A stretch of 64,000 nt of DNA from contig CAYVYM010000004.1 of the NCBI GenBank assembly GCA_964455705.1, forward strand, positions 2,769-66,768, in the 5' to 3' direction. Of the stretch, positions 35,958 through 45,100 are shown one piece after another. Source of the stretch: an uncultured Rikenella sp. Lineage in GTDB: Bacteria; Bacteroidota; Bacteroidia; Bacteroidales; VadinHA17. The translations under genes were made by a program, and so were the position numbers. How positions within the stretch are numbered: the first letter of the stretch is position 1; every line of letters starts with the position of its first letter. The notes under the pieces were generated by a model. It was not told the DNA's origin. It was given only the letters and a program-made list of their open reading frames with translations, and made no database searches.

Positions 35958-36737
35958 ATGGAAAACAAGAAAATTTATACCATGAAATTCAGGGTCGCTG
36001 CATTGCTTCTGTCCCTCTTCCTCTTAACGGGATGCGCGGAACTCACGAACATTCTTCAGTCAGCCTCAGCCGTGAAGCAGCTTACCGAAGGTGACATAAT
36101 CGGCGGCCTGAAGGAGGCACTGACTGTAGGTGCCCGGATAGCTGCCGACAAGCTCTCGTCGGAGAATGGTTACTACGGCGATCCTTTTGTAAAGATCCCC
36201 CTGCCTGACGAGGCAAAGGTGATTGTGGAAAACATCGGCAGGATACCCGGAGGTGAACAACTGATGGAGAATGTGATACTCAGCATCAACAGGGCAGCAG
36301 AGGATGCTGCCAGGGAGGTTGCCCCCATTTTTATCGGGTCAGTAACACAGATGACCATATCTGACGGTTATAATATACTGCACGGGGCTGACAACGCCGC
36401 AACGACATACCTGAGAACCACAACCTGGAACGAGCTTTACTCGCTTTATAAGCCTAAGATCAGCACCTCTACGAACAAGGATATCATTGCAGGGGTGTCA
36501 GCACAGGAGTCGTGGACAACCCTGACCGTAAAATGGAACTCAGTAGCCAACAGCATTGCCGGCAGGCTGGCAGGCTTCACTCCTGTCACCACCGACCTTG
36601 ACGACTTCCTTACCAGAAAGGCTTTGGATGGTGTTTTCCTGAAGCTTGAAGGTGAAGAACTGAAGATCAGGAAAGATGTCTCAGCAAGGGTCACTCCTCT
36701 TCTTCAGAAGGTCTTCGGAACACTTGACAATAAGTGA
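35958..36737 (+). CDS. DUF4197-family lipoprotein
   Basis: Lipobox LLTGCA. The hallmark stretch LTEGDIIGGLKEALTVGARIAADKLS..YGDPFVKIPLPDEA is recognised from memory of the family. Confidence 0.7.
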   Translation: MENKKIYTMKFRVAALLLSLFLLTGCAELTNILQSASAVKQLTEGDIIGGLKEALTVGARIAADKLSSENGYYGDPFVKIPLPDEAKVIVENIGRIPGGEQLMENVILSINRAAEDAAREVAPIFIGSVTQMTISDGYNILHGADNAATTYLRTTTWNELYSLYKPKISTSTNKDIIAGVSAQESWTTLTVKWNSVANSIAGRLAGFTPVTTDLDDFLTRKALDGVFLKLEGEELKIRKDVSARVTPLLQKVFGTLDNK

Positions 36738-36872
36738 TTTCATGAAGAACCCGGTGGGTAAACGAACTCAGTTTAAAGAGGTTATCAGCGTGGGACTTAC
36801 CTATGAATTCATTAAATATAATGGCAGGAATTATCACAGCAGTTTATCCGAAAGCAGATTAGCCAAAGTCCT

Positions 36873-37493
36873 ATGCTGAAGCTCATCAACCACCCCCTGA
36901 TCACGCATAAGCTTTCGCTTATCAGAAGAAAGGAGACCGGGACCCGTGATTTCAGACAGAACGTAAGTGAGATAGCGGGCCTGATGGCCTATGAGATAAC
37001 AAGGGACCTGCCACTGCGCGATGTGGTGATTGAGACACCGCTCTCTTCCTGTACCACTGCAGAACTCTCAAGGGAGATTATCCTCGTGCCGGTTCTCAGG
37101 GCGGGGCTCGGTATGGTTGACGGTATCACCAGTCTCATCACCACTGCCAAGGTGGGTCATATCGGGCTGGTGCGTGATCATGAGACACTGGAGCCGAAAG
37201 AGTACTATGCCAAGTTCCCTGCTGACATTTCCGATGCCATCATCATGGTCCTCGATCCCATGCTTGCCACAGGAGGCAGCGCCGGCGCCGCCATAGAGGC
37301 GGTAAAGAAGAGAGGAGCCATTACAATAAGGCTGGTATGCATCGTGGGCGCCCCTGAAGGTGTTGCCAGGGTGGAAAAGGAACACCCGGATGTGGATATT
37401 TATCTTGCGGCTCTCGACAGCCATCTCAATGAGAAGGGATACATAGTGCCGGGACTCGGAGATGCAGGAGACAGGCTATTCGGGACTATCTGA
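36873..37493 (+). CDS. upp: Uracil phosphoribosyltransferase
   Basis: 206 aa with [12 protein letters not shown], the PRPP loop [13 protein letters not shown] and the C-terminal [16 protein letters not shown]. Confidence 0.95.
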   Translation: MLKLINHPLITHKLSLIRRKETGTRDFRQNVSEIAGLMAYEITRDLPLRDVVIETPLSSCTTAELSREIILVPVLRAGLGMVDGITSLITTAKVGHIGLVRDHETLEPKEYYAKFPADISDAIIMVLDPMLATGGSAGAAIEAVKKRGAITIRLVCIVGAPEGVARVEKEHPDVDIYLAALDSHLNEKGYIVPGLGDAGDRLFGTI

Positions 37494-37607
37494 TACTCTC
37501 TGGTTTGCTGACCTCATCTCTTTTTTTCAACATTTTCGCAGTGCCGTTCTGCTGTACGGAATACCTTGCTATATTCGCAGATTAACCAATCCAAACATTT
37601 AAGGGTT

Positions 37608-38975
37608 ATGGGACTTAAGCGCCGGCTTATAATCATGAACTTCCTCCAGTTTTTCATCTGGGGGTCGTGGCTGCTCACCATCGGAGCATACTGGTTTCAG
37701 ACAAAAAACTGGTCAGGAACGGATTTCGGGGCCATATTTTCAACCATGGGGCTGGCGTCACTCTTCATGCCTGCCATTGCAGGCATAATTGCCGACAGGT
37801 GGGTAAACGCCGAGAGGCTCTACGGCATCTTCCACATAATCGGAGCCGTACTGCTTACACTCATACCTGCCATTGACAATCCGGACACCTTCTTCTGGGT
37901 ATTGCTGCTTACCATGATGTTCTACATGCCTACAATAGCACTGGCTATTACGGTTGCATACAGCTCAATGAAGAACAGCGGTATGGATATCATCAGGGAT
38001 TATCCGCCTGTAAGGGTATGGGGTACAATAGGTTTTATAGTGGCATTATGGGTTGTAAGCCTTCTTGGTTTCGAGACCTCCTCAATGCAATTTTATGTGG
38101 CTGCGGCGGCATCGTTGGGCCTGGGCATATATGCCTTTACTCTCCCGAAGTGCCAGCCGCTTGCCAGGGGGCACAAGAAGAATCTGGTTGAGGAGCTTGG
38201 CCTGAACGCCTTCAAGCTCTTCAAAAACACCAAGATGGCCCTGTTTTTCGTCTTTGCCATGCTGCTCGGCGCTGCGCTTCAACTAACCAATGCCTACGGG
38301 GACACCTTCCTTCACGATTTTGCTAAAATACCTGCTTATAAAGATCTGATAGCAGTCAGGTACCCTGCGATTATCATGTCAGTCTCGCAGATATCCGAAA
38401 CACTCTTCATACTGACGATACCGTTTTTCCTGAAGAGGTTCGGGATAAAGAAGGTAATGCTCATAAGCATGGTTGCATGGGTTCTCCGCTTTGCTCTGTT
38501 CGGTCTGGGGAACCCGGCTGAAGGGCTCTGGATGATAATTCTTTCATGCATTATCTACGGGATGGCCTTTGACTTCTTCAATATCTCCGGCTCATTGTAC
38601 GTTGAGACACAGAGTCAGCCTGAGATACGTGCCAGCGCCCAGGGCCTGTTCATGATGATGACCAACGGCTTCGGGGCCTTTCTCGGCAGCCGTATCAGCG
38701 GGATGGTTATTGATAAGTATTTTACAATTAACTTCTTCGATATACGGAAAGTCGCTGATTATTATAATACAACTACACAGGCAGAATGGCTGCAAAACTT
38801 AGTCAGAGAAAATAAAATACTGGACAATGGATTGCTGCAGGAGTCCATCAATGTAATCCAATGGAAAGAGGTCTGGTTTGCCTTTGCGGCTTACGCCTTA
38901 GTAGTGGCAATTCTCTTTGCCATTTTCTTCAAACACAAGCATGTGCCTGAGACTGCGGCAGATATCCGGCATTGA
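37608..38975 (+). CDS. Nucleoside permease (NupG/XapB-type MFS nucleoside:H+ symporter)
   Basis: The ATG at 37608 gives the N-terminus LKRRLIIMNFLQFFIWGSW typical of the family. About 12 TM segments. It is adjacent to upp. Confidence 0.75.
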   Translation: MGLKRRLIIMNFLQFFIWGSWLLTIGAYWFQTKNWSGTDFGAIFSTMGLASLFMPAIAGIIADRWVNAERLYGIFHIIGAVLLTLIPAIDNPDTFFWVLLLTMMFYMPTIALAITVAYSSMKNSGMDIIRDYPPVRVWGTIGFIVALWVVSLLGFETSSMQFYVAAAASLGLGIYAFTLPKCQPLARGHKKNLVEELGLNAFKLFKNTKMALFFVFAMLLGAALQLTNAYGDTFLHDFAKIPAYKDLIAVRYPAIIMSVSQISETLFILTIPFFLKRFGIKKVMLISMVAWVLRFALFGLGNPAEGLWMIILSCIIYGMAFDFFNISGSLYVETQSQPEIRASAQGLFMMMTNGFGAFLGSRISGMVIDKYFTINFFDIRKVADYYNTTTQAEWLQNLVRENKILDNGLLQESINVIQWKEVWFAFAAYALVVAILFAIFFKHKHVPETAADIRH

Positions 38976-38986
38976 AGGTGCAATGA

Positions 38987-39850
38987 TCAACCCAGCAGTA
39001 TAAGGCTTAGTCCGATGACAATCATCCCGCTTATAAGGCCGTAGATGGCTATGTGATGTTTCCCGTACTTGTGTGCTGCCGGCAGGAGCTCGTCAAATGA
39101 AATATAGACCATTATGCCTGCCACCATGCCGAAAACGTACCCGAGACTTATGTCTGTGCTGAAAAGTGTGAGAATGAAGTAGCCTGCTATTGCGCCTATG
39201 GGTTCTGAAAACCCTGAGAGAACCGACCATGCCAGGGCTTTTCTCTTTGATCCGGTGGCATAATAAACGGGAACTGATACCGCTATTCCCTCAGGTATAT
39301 TGTGAATAGCCACTGCCACTGCGATACTCACCCCTACTGTTACGTCAGACATAGCTGACATGAATGTGGCTATCCCCTCGGGAAAGTTATGTACACCTAT
39401 GGCTATTGCAGTGAAGGTCCCGATCCTCATCAGTTTCCTGTCTCTCGGTCCGTGTCCGCCACGATACTGTTTCCTCCCCTTGCACTCCGGCTTGTCCGGG
39501 TCTCTGGTTCCGGGGTTCATCTGTTCCACCCTCTTCAGCTCGTGAGGGTTACCCTCCGAGGGAAGGATCCTGTCAATGGCCGCAGACAACCCGATACCGG
39601 CAACGAATGAGAGGAAGGTAAGCCATGCAGCTGTCTTGTCGGTGTATGATTGTTGCATCAGGTGGCCTGCCTCGGTCAGTATCTCCGTGAATGAAATAAA
39701 TATCATCACCCCGGCAGAGAATCCAAGTGAGAATGCAAGAAAAGTCGTTTTGGTTCTCTTTGCAAAGAATGCTATCAGACCTCCTATCCCGGTGGCCAGT
39801 CCGGCAAAAAGGGTCAGGCCAAAGGCAAAGAGAATCCGGGAGCTGTCCAT
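38987..39850 (-). CDS. zupT: ZIP-family zinc transporter ZupT
   Basis: It has GVHNFPEGIA and AIHNIPEGIAV metal-binding helices and a His/Gly-rich cytoplasmic loop. The start is the ATG at 39850; an in-frame TTG lies at 39853. Confidence 0.9.
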   Translation of the reverse strand: MDSSRILFAFGLTLFAGLATGIGGLIAFFAKRTKTTFLAFSLGFSAGVMIFISFTEILTEAGHLMQQSYTDKTAAWLTFLSFVAGIGLSAAIDRILPSEGNPHELKRVEQMNPGTRDPDKPECKGRKQYRGGHGPRDRKLMRIGTFTAIAIGVHNFPEGIATFMSAMSDVTVGVSIAVAVAIHNIPEGIAVSVPVYYATGSKRKALAWSVLSGFSEPIGAIAGYFILTLFSTDISLGYVFGMVAGIMVYISFDELLPAAHKYGKHHIAIYGLISGMIVIGLSLILLG

Positions 39851-39882
39851 CAAAAAGAGTTATTTAGAATTAATTTAAATTG

Positions 39883-39890
39883 CAAATTTA
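39883..39890 (-). promoter_or_regulatory. Bacteroidota sigma-A -7 box, TAAATTTG (perfect TAnnTTTG)
   Basis: The reverse complement of CAAATTTA at 39883-39890. It lies 32 nt upstream of the zupT ATG, in AT-rich DNA. Confidence 0.45.
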
Positions 39891-39970
39891 TAAGAAACAA
39901 CGAAAAAACAACCTCGTCCGGTATTCCATGGTGAAAAAAAAGCTCTTAATTAGTGACTCCTATTCCGAAA

Positions 39971-40564
39971 ATGAATCTCTGGGATTACTATAGAATACTT
40001 GGGGTGAGGCAGGGGGCTTCCGATGATGAGATCAGGCGGGCATACCGCCGGAAGGCCATGGAGTTTCATCCTGACCGCAATCATTCCGATGGTGCGCCGG
40101 AGATGTTCATCAGGATAACGGAAGCTTATGAGTATTTAACCAGCCATCCTCACGGCAGGAACATTACGGAAGAGGAGGTAAGAAAGAACTACAAGGCATG
40201 GGTTGATTACAGGCAGGCGGAGGCCAGGAAGAGAGCCGAAGCCTATGCAAGGACGACCTACAACAACTTCAAAAAAAGCCCTATCTACCAGAGTACTACT
40301 ACTATCGACGGCACCATCGTATTCCTTGGCCTGGCGCTGGCCGTCATAGTGATTTTCATGACAGTCTTCGGTTACAGCCACCGTATGAAGACTGCATACA
40401 CCCCGAAGGAGGAGCCATCGCTGTCACTGGCATTGGTTATGCTCACCGTCGGGTTGGCTTATCTGGGAATTTCACTTCTTTACCTGAGTGCCTGGATGGC
40501 CCAGCAAAAGAGAAAAAAGCAATCTAAAAATGTCAGGGAGAATAAAAATAAGGAATCCGTTTGA
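39971..40564 (+). CDS. J-domain (DnaJ-like) membrane protein
   Basis: DYYRILGV...AYRRKAMEFHPDRN contains the HPD motif. Two C-terminal TM segments are present. I prefer the ATG at 39971 over the GTG at 39953. Confidence 0.8.
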   Translation: MNLWDYYRILGVRQGASDDEIRRAYRRKAMEFHPDRNHSDGAPEMFIRITEAYEYLTSHPHGRNITEEEVRKNYKAWVDYRQAEARKRAEAYARTTYNNFKKSPIYQSTTTIDGTIVFLGLALAVIVIFMTVFGYSHRMKTAYTPKEEPSLSLALVMLTVGLAYLGISLLYLSAWMAQQKRKKQSKNVRENKNKESV

Positions 40565-41009
40565 TGCGGAAGCCTACAAGTGTTTCGGGTGCAGTCCTTC
40601 AAACCCGGTGGGACTAAAGCTCACCTTCGAGGAGGAGGACGGGAAGCTATATGCATCATGGGATCCGCTGCCCCATTTTCAGGGTTATTTGAATGTCCTT
40701 CACGGAGGAATAATTGCCACGCTGCTTGATGAGGTCGGAGCCTGGTGTATCTATGTGACGGCAGGCACTTCCGGGGTGACCTCGTCATTGACTGTCAGGT
40801 ATCTCAGGCCTGTCTACATAAGCAAGGGAACAGTAACAATTGAGGCTGAATTAGTCATGCTCCAGGAAAAGAGCGGCTTTTATAAGTGCATGCTCTATGA
40901 CGGTGAAGGGAGAGAGTGTGCTGAAGCAGATATTGAGTACTTTCTTTATCCTGAAAAGATAGCACGGCAACGCTTTCATTTTCCGGGCAGGGAGGCTTTT
41001 TATGAATGA
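40530..41009 (+). CDS. PaaI-family (hotdog-fold) thioesterase
   Basis: FGCSPSNPVGLKL and the LHGGIIATLLDEVG core are present. The start is uncertain (ATG at 40530) and the gene overlaps the upstream gene. Confidence 0.7.
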   Translation: MSGRIKIRNPFDAEAYKCFGCSPSNPVGLKLTFEEEDGKLYASWDPLPHFQGYLNVLHGGIIATLLDEVGAWCIYVTAGTSGVTSSLTVRYLRPVYISKGTVTIEAELVMLQEKSGFYKCMLYDGEGRECAEADIEYFLYPEKIARQRFHFPGREAFYE

Positions 41010-41029
41010 TGAGAGCCTGCAGGCATGAT

Positions 41030-42055
41030 TCAGAAATCAATTCGCGCCAGCGGGATTACGCTGTGGTCTGTGAATTCAGACCTGAGGTATTTATAATAAC
41101 CGGTGATCCCTATCATTGCCGCATTGTCAGTGGTGTAACGGAATTCAGGCAGGTATAGATTCCACTTCCGTTTTGCGGCTTCTGTTTCCGCTGCCCTCCT
41201 CAAGCCTGAGTTAGCGGAGACGCCTCCGGCAATACCGATTTCAGTTATGCCCGTCTCCTTTGAAGCACGAACCAGCTTGCCGATTAGTATCTCTATTATA
41301 GTCCGCTGGAGAGAGGCAGCCAGATCAATAATGTTTTCAGTTATAAATTCCGGGTCCTCCGCCACCTTGTCGCGAAGGAAATAGAGAAAACTGGTTTTGA
41401 GTCCTGAGAAACTGAAATTCAGTCCCTGTATCCGTGGCTTTGCGAACCGGAAGGCATCAGGGTCACCGTCAGCTGCCAGCCTGTCAACAACAGGTCCACC
41501 CGGGTAAGGCAGTCCCATCACCTTGGCACATTTGTCAAACGCCTCACCGGCAGCATCATCAATTGTATTGCCTATGAGGTCCATTTCAAGGTAGTCACGC
41601 ATGACGATCAGTTGTGTGTGGCCTCCCGATACCAACAGGCACAGGAAGGGAAACCGGGGGATGTGGTTCTCCCTTCCGTGTTCCAGTGCGAAGTGAGACA
41701 TCACGTGTGCCTGCAGGTGGTTTACCTCAATTAGTGGCAGGTTGTGTACCAGGGCAAATCCCTTTGCAAATGATGTGCCCACCAACAGCGACCCAAGCAG
41801 TCCCGGTCCCCGTGTAAAGGCAACGGCGGTTATCTCGTCTGCTCTCTTACCGGCAGCAGACAATGCCTGATCAACTACAGGCACTATGTTTGCCTGGTGC
41901 GCCCTTGAGGCCAGTTCCGGTACAACTCCTCCGTAAGCCTTGTGAATTTCCTGGTTGGCAATCAGGTTTGAGAGCACATAGCCGTCACTGATAACGGCCG
42001 CCGAAGTATCATCACAGGATGATTCTATGGCAAGGATCGTTATATCTGGCTCCAT
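41030..42055 (-). CDS. tsaD: tRNA N6-adenosine threonylcarbamoyltransferase
   Basis: ILAIESSCDDTSAAV, the metal site HLQAHV, and VSGGHTQL and GGVSANS motifs are present. Confidence 0.95.
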   Translation of the reverse strand: MEPDITILAIESSCDDTSAAVISDGYVLSNLIANQEIHKAYGGVVPELASRAHQANIVPVVDQALSAAGKRADEITAVAFTRGPGLLGSLLVGTSFAKGFALVHNLPLIEVNHLQAHVMSHFALEHGRENHIPRFPFLCLLVSGGHTQLIVMRDYLEMDLIGNTIDDAAGEAFDKCAKVMGLPYPGGPVVDRLAADGDPDAFRFAKPRIQGLNFSFSGLKTSFLYFLRDKVAEDPEFITENIIDLAASLQRTIIEILIGKLVRASKETGITEIGIAGGVSANSGLRRAAETEAAKRKWNLYLPEFRYTTDNAAMIGITGYYKYLRSEFTDHSVIPLARIDF

Positions 42056-42108
42056 TTTTGTATCACTCTTTTTTATTACCTTCGCGTGCGGCGGGAATTC
42101 CAGTATGA

Positions 42109-45100
42109 ATGGCCAAAAGTATTAAAATAATCTTCAGGGTCCTTCTTATCATGACAGCGGTGCTGATTGTGGTACCTTCTGTATTATTCCTGCTCCTGCA
42201 GGCACCTCGTATTCAGACCTTTGCCGTAAAACAGGTTACACAGGCTGTTTCGAAAAAGACCGGAGCGAAGATAACGATAGGCAGGATTAACTACACCATG
42301 TTCCGCAAAATAGTGCTTGAAGATGTGTTCTTTGAAGACCAGAGGGGTGATACCCTCCTGGCAGTGGAAAGGGTTGACCTGAGGATACGTCAGATAAGAC
42401 CCTCAGCCCAACACTACAGGTTCGGCAGGGTTGACCTCCGCAGGCCCGATCTCAGGCTTATACAGGACACCCTGGGTGTAATGAACCTGACACAGTACCT
42501 TGACAACCTGCTGGGCGACAAAGAACAGGATTCCACCCGGCGCATTGAAATCAGCTTTATTGACATTGATCTGCATGACGGAGCCTTCTCGCTTGTCAAC
42601 ATGAGTGACACCGCCGGCACTCGTCAGGGCACAGTGAATTTCAGTAATATGAGGCTCACTGGAATCCATGGAAAAATGAGAGACCTGAAGATCATTCGCG
42701 ACTCAGTCAGCATGGTCATAAGGGGTCTGGCCTTCTCAGAGTCAGGTGGCTTTGCCAGCCGGAGCCTCGACATGAATATTAGCGTTGGTCAGAAGGGACT
42801 CTTTTTCAGGGAGTTTGAACTCCTTACCGATTCAAGTGCCATCTCGGCCGAAAAGATCTTCCTGATGCCCCGCGATAACGAATCATGGGGAGACTTCATC
42901 AACAGCGTAAGGCTTGATCTCCATTTTAATCAATCAGTCCTTGATGCCTCTGACCTGGCTTACTTTGTCAAGCCTCTTGAAGGCATGAGTGAACAAATAA
43001 CTATGTCAGGAAGGGTGAGCGGCACGGTGGCGGAGATGAAGGGAAGAAACATCAGCATTGATTATTCCTCGTCAACAAGGCTAAGATTCGACTATGACAT
43101 CATAGGCCTTCCGTCGATCAGTGAGAGCTACCTGTACATCGATTTCAAAGAGATGAGAACCAGCGCCGTAGATGCAGAGGCTTTTTCAATACCGGGCATG
43201 AAGCCTTTGAAACTTCCGGTCATAGCTCATGACATGGGCGTTATATCATACAATGGCAGTTTTACCGGCTTCACCACCGATTTCGTTTCATTCGGAAAGC
43301 TCACCACGGAAAGAGGGACATTCTCGACTGACCTCTCATTGAAACCTGACGGAAGGAACACGTTCAGTTTCAAAGGTTTACTTGGGGCCAGCGATGTCGA
43401 TCTCGCTTATGTCACAAGGAATGATGAGATGTTCGGTGGCCTGTGGATGCATGCAGAGATTGACGGGTCAATGCAGTCATTCAAGCATCTCTCAGCCAAC
43501 ATCAACGGTATGATTGACAGCGTGGAGATAAATAGCTATATGTACAGGAATGTCTCTGTGGCAGGGAGATATGCCGACAGTATCTGGGACGGAACCGTGG
43601 CAATCAAGGACCGGAACATCGACATGAATATCATGGGCAGGTTTGACCTTGAGAAGAGCATGCCGGAATTTGACTTCACGATGAACATTGCCCATGCTGA
43701 CCTTACCAGGCTCAACCTGATAAAAGGTGATTCGATCTTCAATGCCACCGCCCTGCTCACGGCATCATTCAAGGGCAACAGGATAGATAACATTGAGGGT
43801 GATCTGAGGCTGATCAACTCAACGCTGGAGAATACAAGGGGAAAGCTGAGCATATATGATTTCCTTGTCACGTCCGGACAAGTCAGCGGTGTTCCGTTTC
43901 TGACACTCAGATCAGACTTCGCGGACGCGGAGGTAAGAGGCCCTTACACAATTGACGCTATAGGATCAACCGTCAAGGATATGCTTGCCCGGATTCTTCC
44001 CACACTTTTCCCGACAACGGCATCGGTTAAGAAAAACGGGAAGAGCGAGGCTATGTTCACACTTAACGCCCGCATCAAAAAGATTGACAAGATTAACGAG
44101 TTTCTGGGAACAGGAGTAAGCATCTCCGACGGGAGTATACTGACCGGACGGTTCAGCTCTGAATTTTCAGAGATGGAGGTCGACCTGACCTCGACGGCGA
44201 TCACCTATGCAGGGACTCAGCTTAGCCATATGCACCTTACGGGCCTGGTCAGCGGAGCAAAAATGGAGATTGGTCTCAGGGCTGATTCGTTCCTGCTTCC
44301 GGACAAGTCAGTACTGGGCAACTTCACCCTTGGTGCCACAGGCAGCAATGACACGATAGACCTGGGGCTCAGGTGGGACAACAAGGACGAGGGAAGGACC
44401 ATTGGTGAATTAAAAGCGAAGGGCTACTTTAGCATCAATGATATGAACCGGCCAGTCCTGACTGTAGGGATACTTCCCTCAGAGTTAACCGTCAGGAATA
44501 CTGCATGGTCTGTCAACCCCGGCCGTTTCGTAATCGATTCTACCAGCGTATTGTTTGACGATATCCTTGTGAACAGCCGGACCAGCTTCATCAGAGTTGA
44601 CGGCAGCCTCTCCTCTTTCTCCGAAGACCGGCTTACCATGAGTTTTGAGGGTCTGAACCTCTCATATCTTAACAACCTGAAGATAGAAAATCCGCAAAAG
44701 GATGCAGACGCTCCGGAGATGACAATCGGGGGTGTGATGAAAGGAAGCCTGACAATCTCTGATCCATTCGACGAACTGCTTTTTGAAAGCAACATCACAA
44801 TCAGCGACTTCAGGTTGAATAACAACGACTATGGCCTGGTTACGGTAAGAAGTGACTGGGACCCCCGCAAAAAGATTGCTGCCATAAATGTTTTCAACGA
44901 TTTTGCAGGCCGAAAGTTTTTTGACATCAGTGGCACCTACACACCGTCGTCAAAGGATGCCGACATAACAGCCTCAACCTATGATATGCCGCTTGACATA
45001 CTCAATCCCTTCCTGAAGGCATTTGCCTCCGATGTTCGCGGAGTTGGGTCAGGGAAAGTGAGGCTGCAGGGAAAGCTGAAGCAGTTCACGCTTACAGGAT

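Noticed and set aside
41015-41024. The GCCTGCAGGC palindrome between the convergent thioesterase and tsaD genes as a bidirectional terminator
   Set aside because: It is only 10 bp and fully self-complementary, leaving no loop, and it has no flanking T/A tracts. It is too weak to call.
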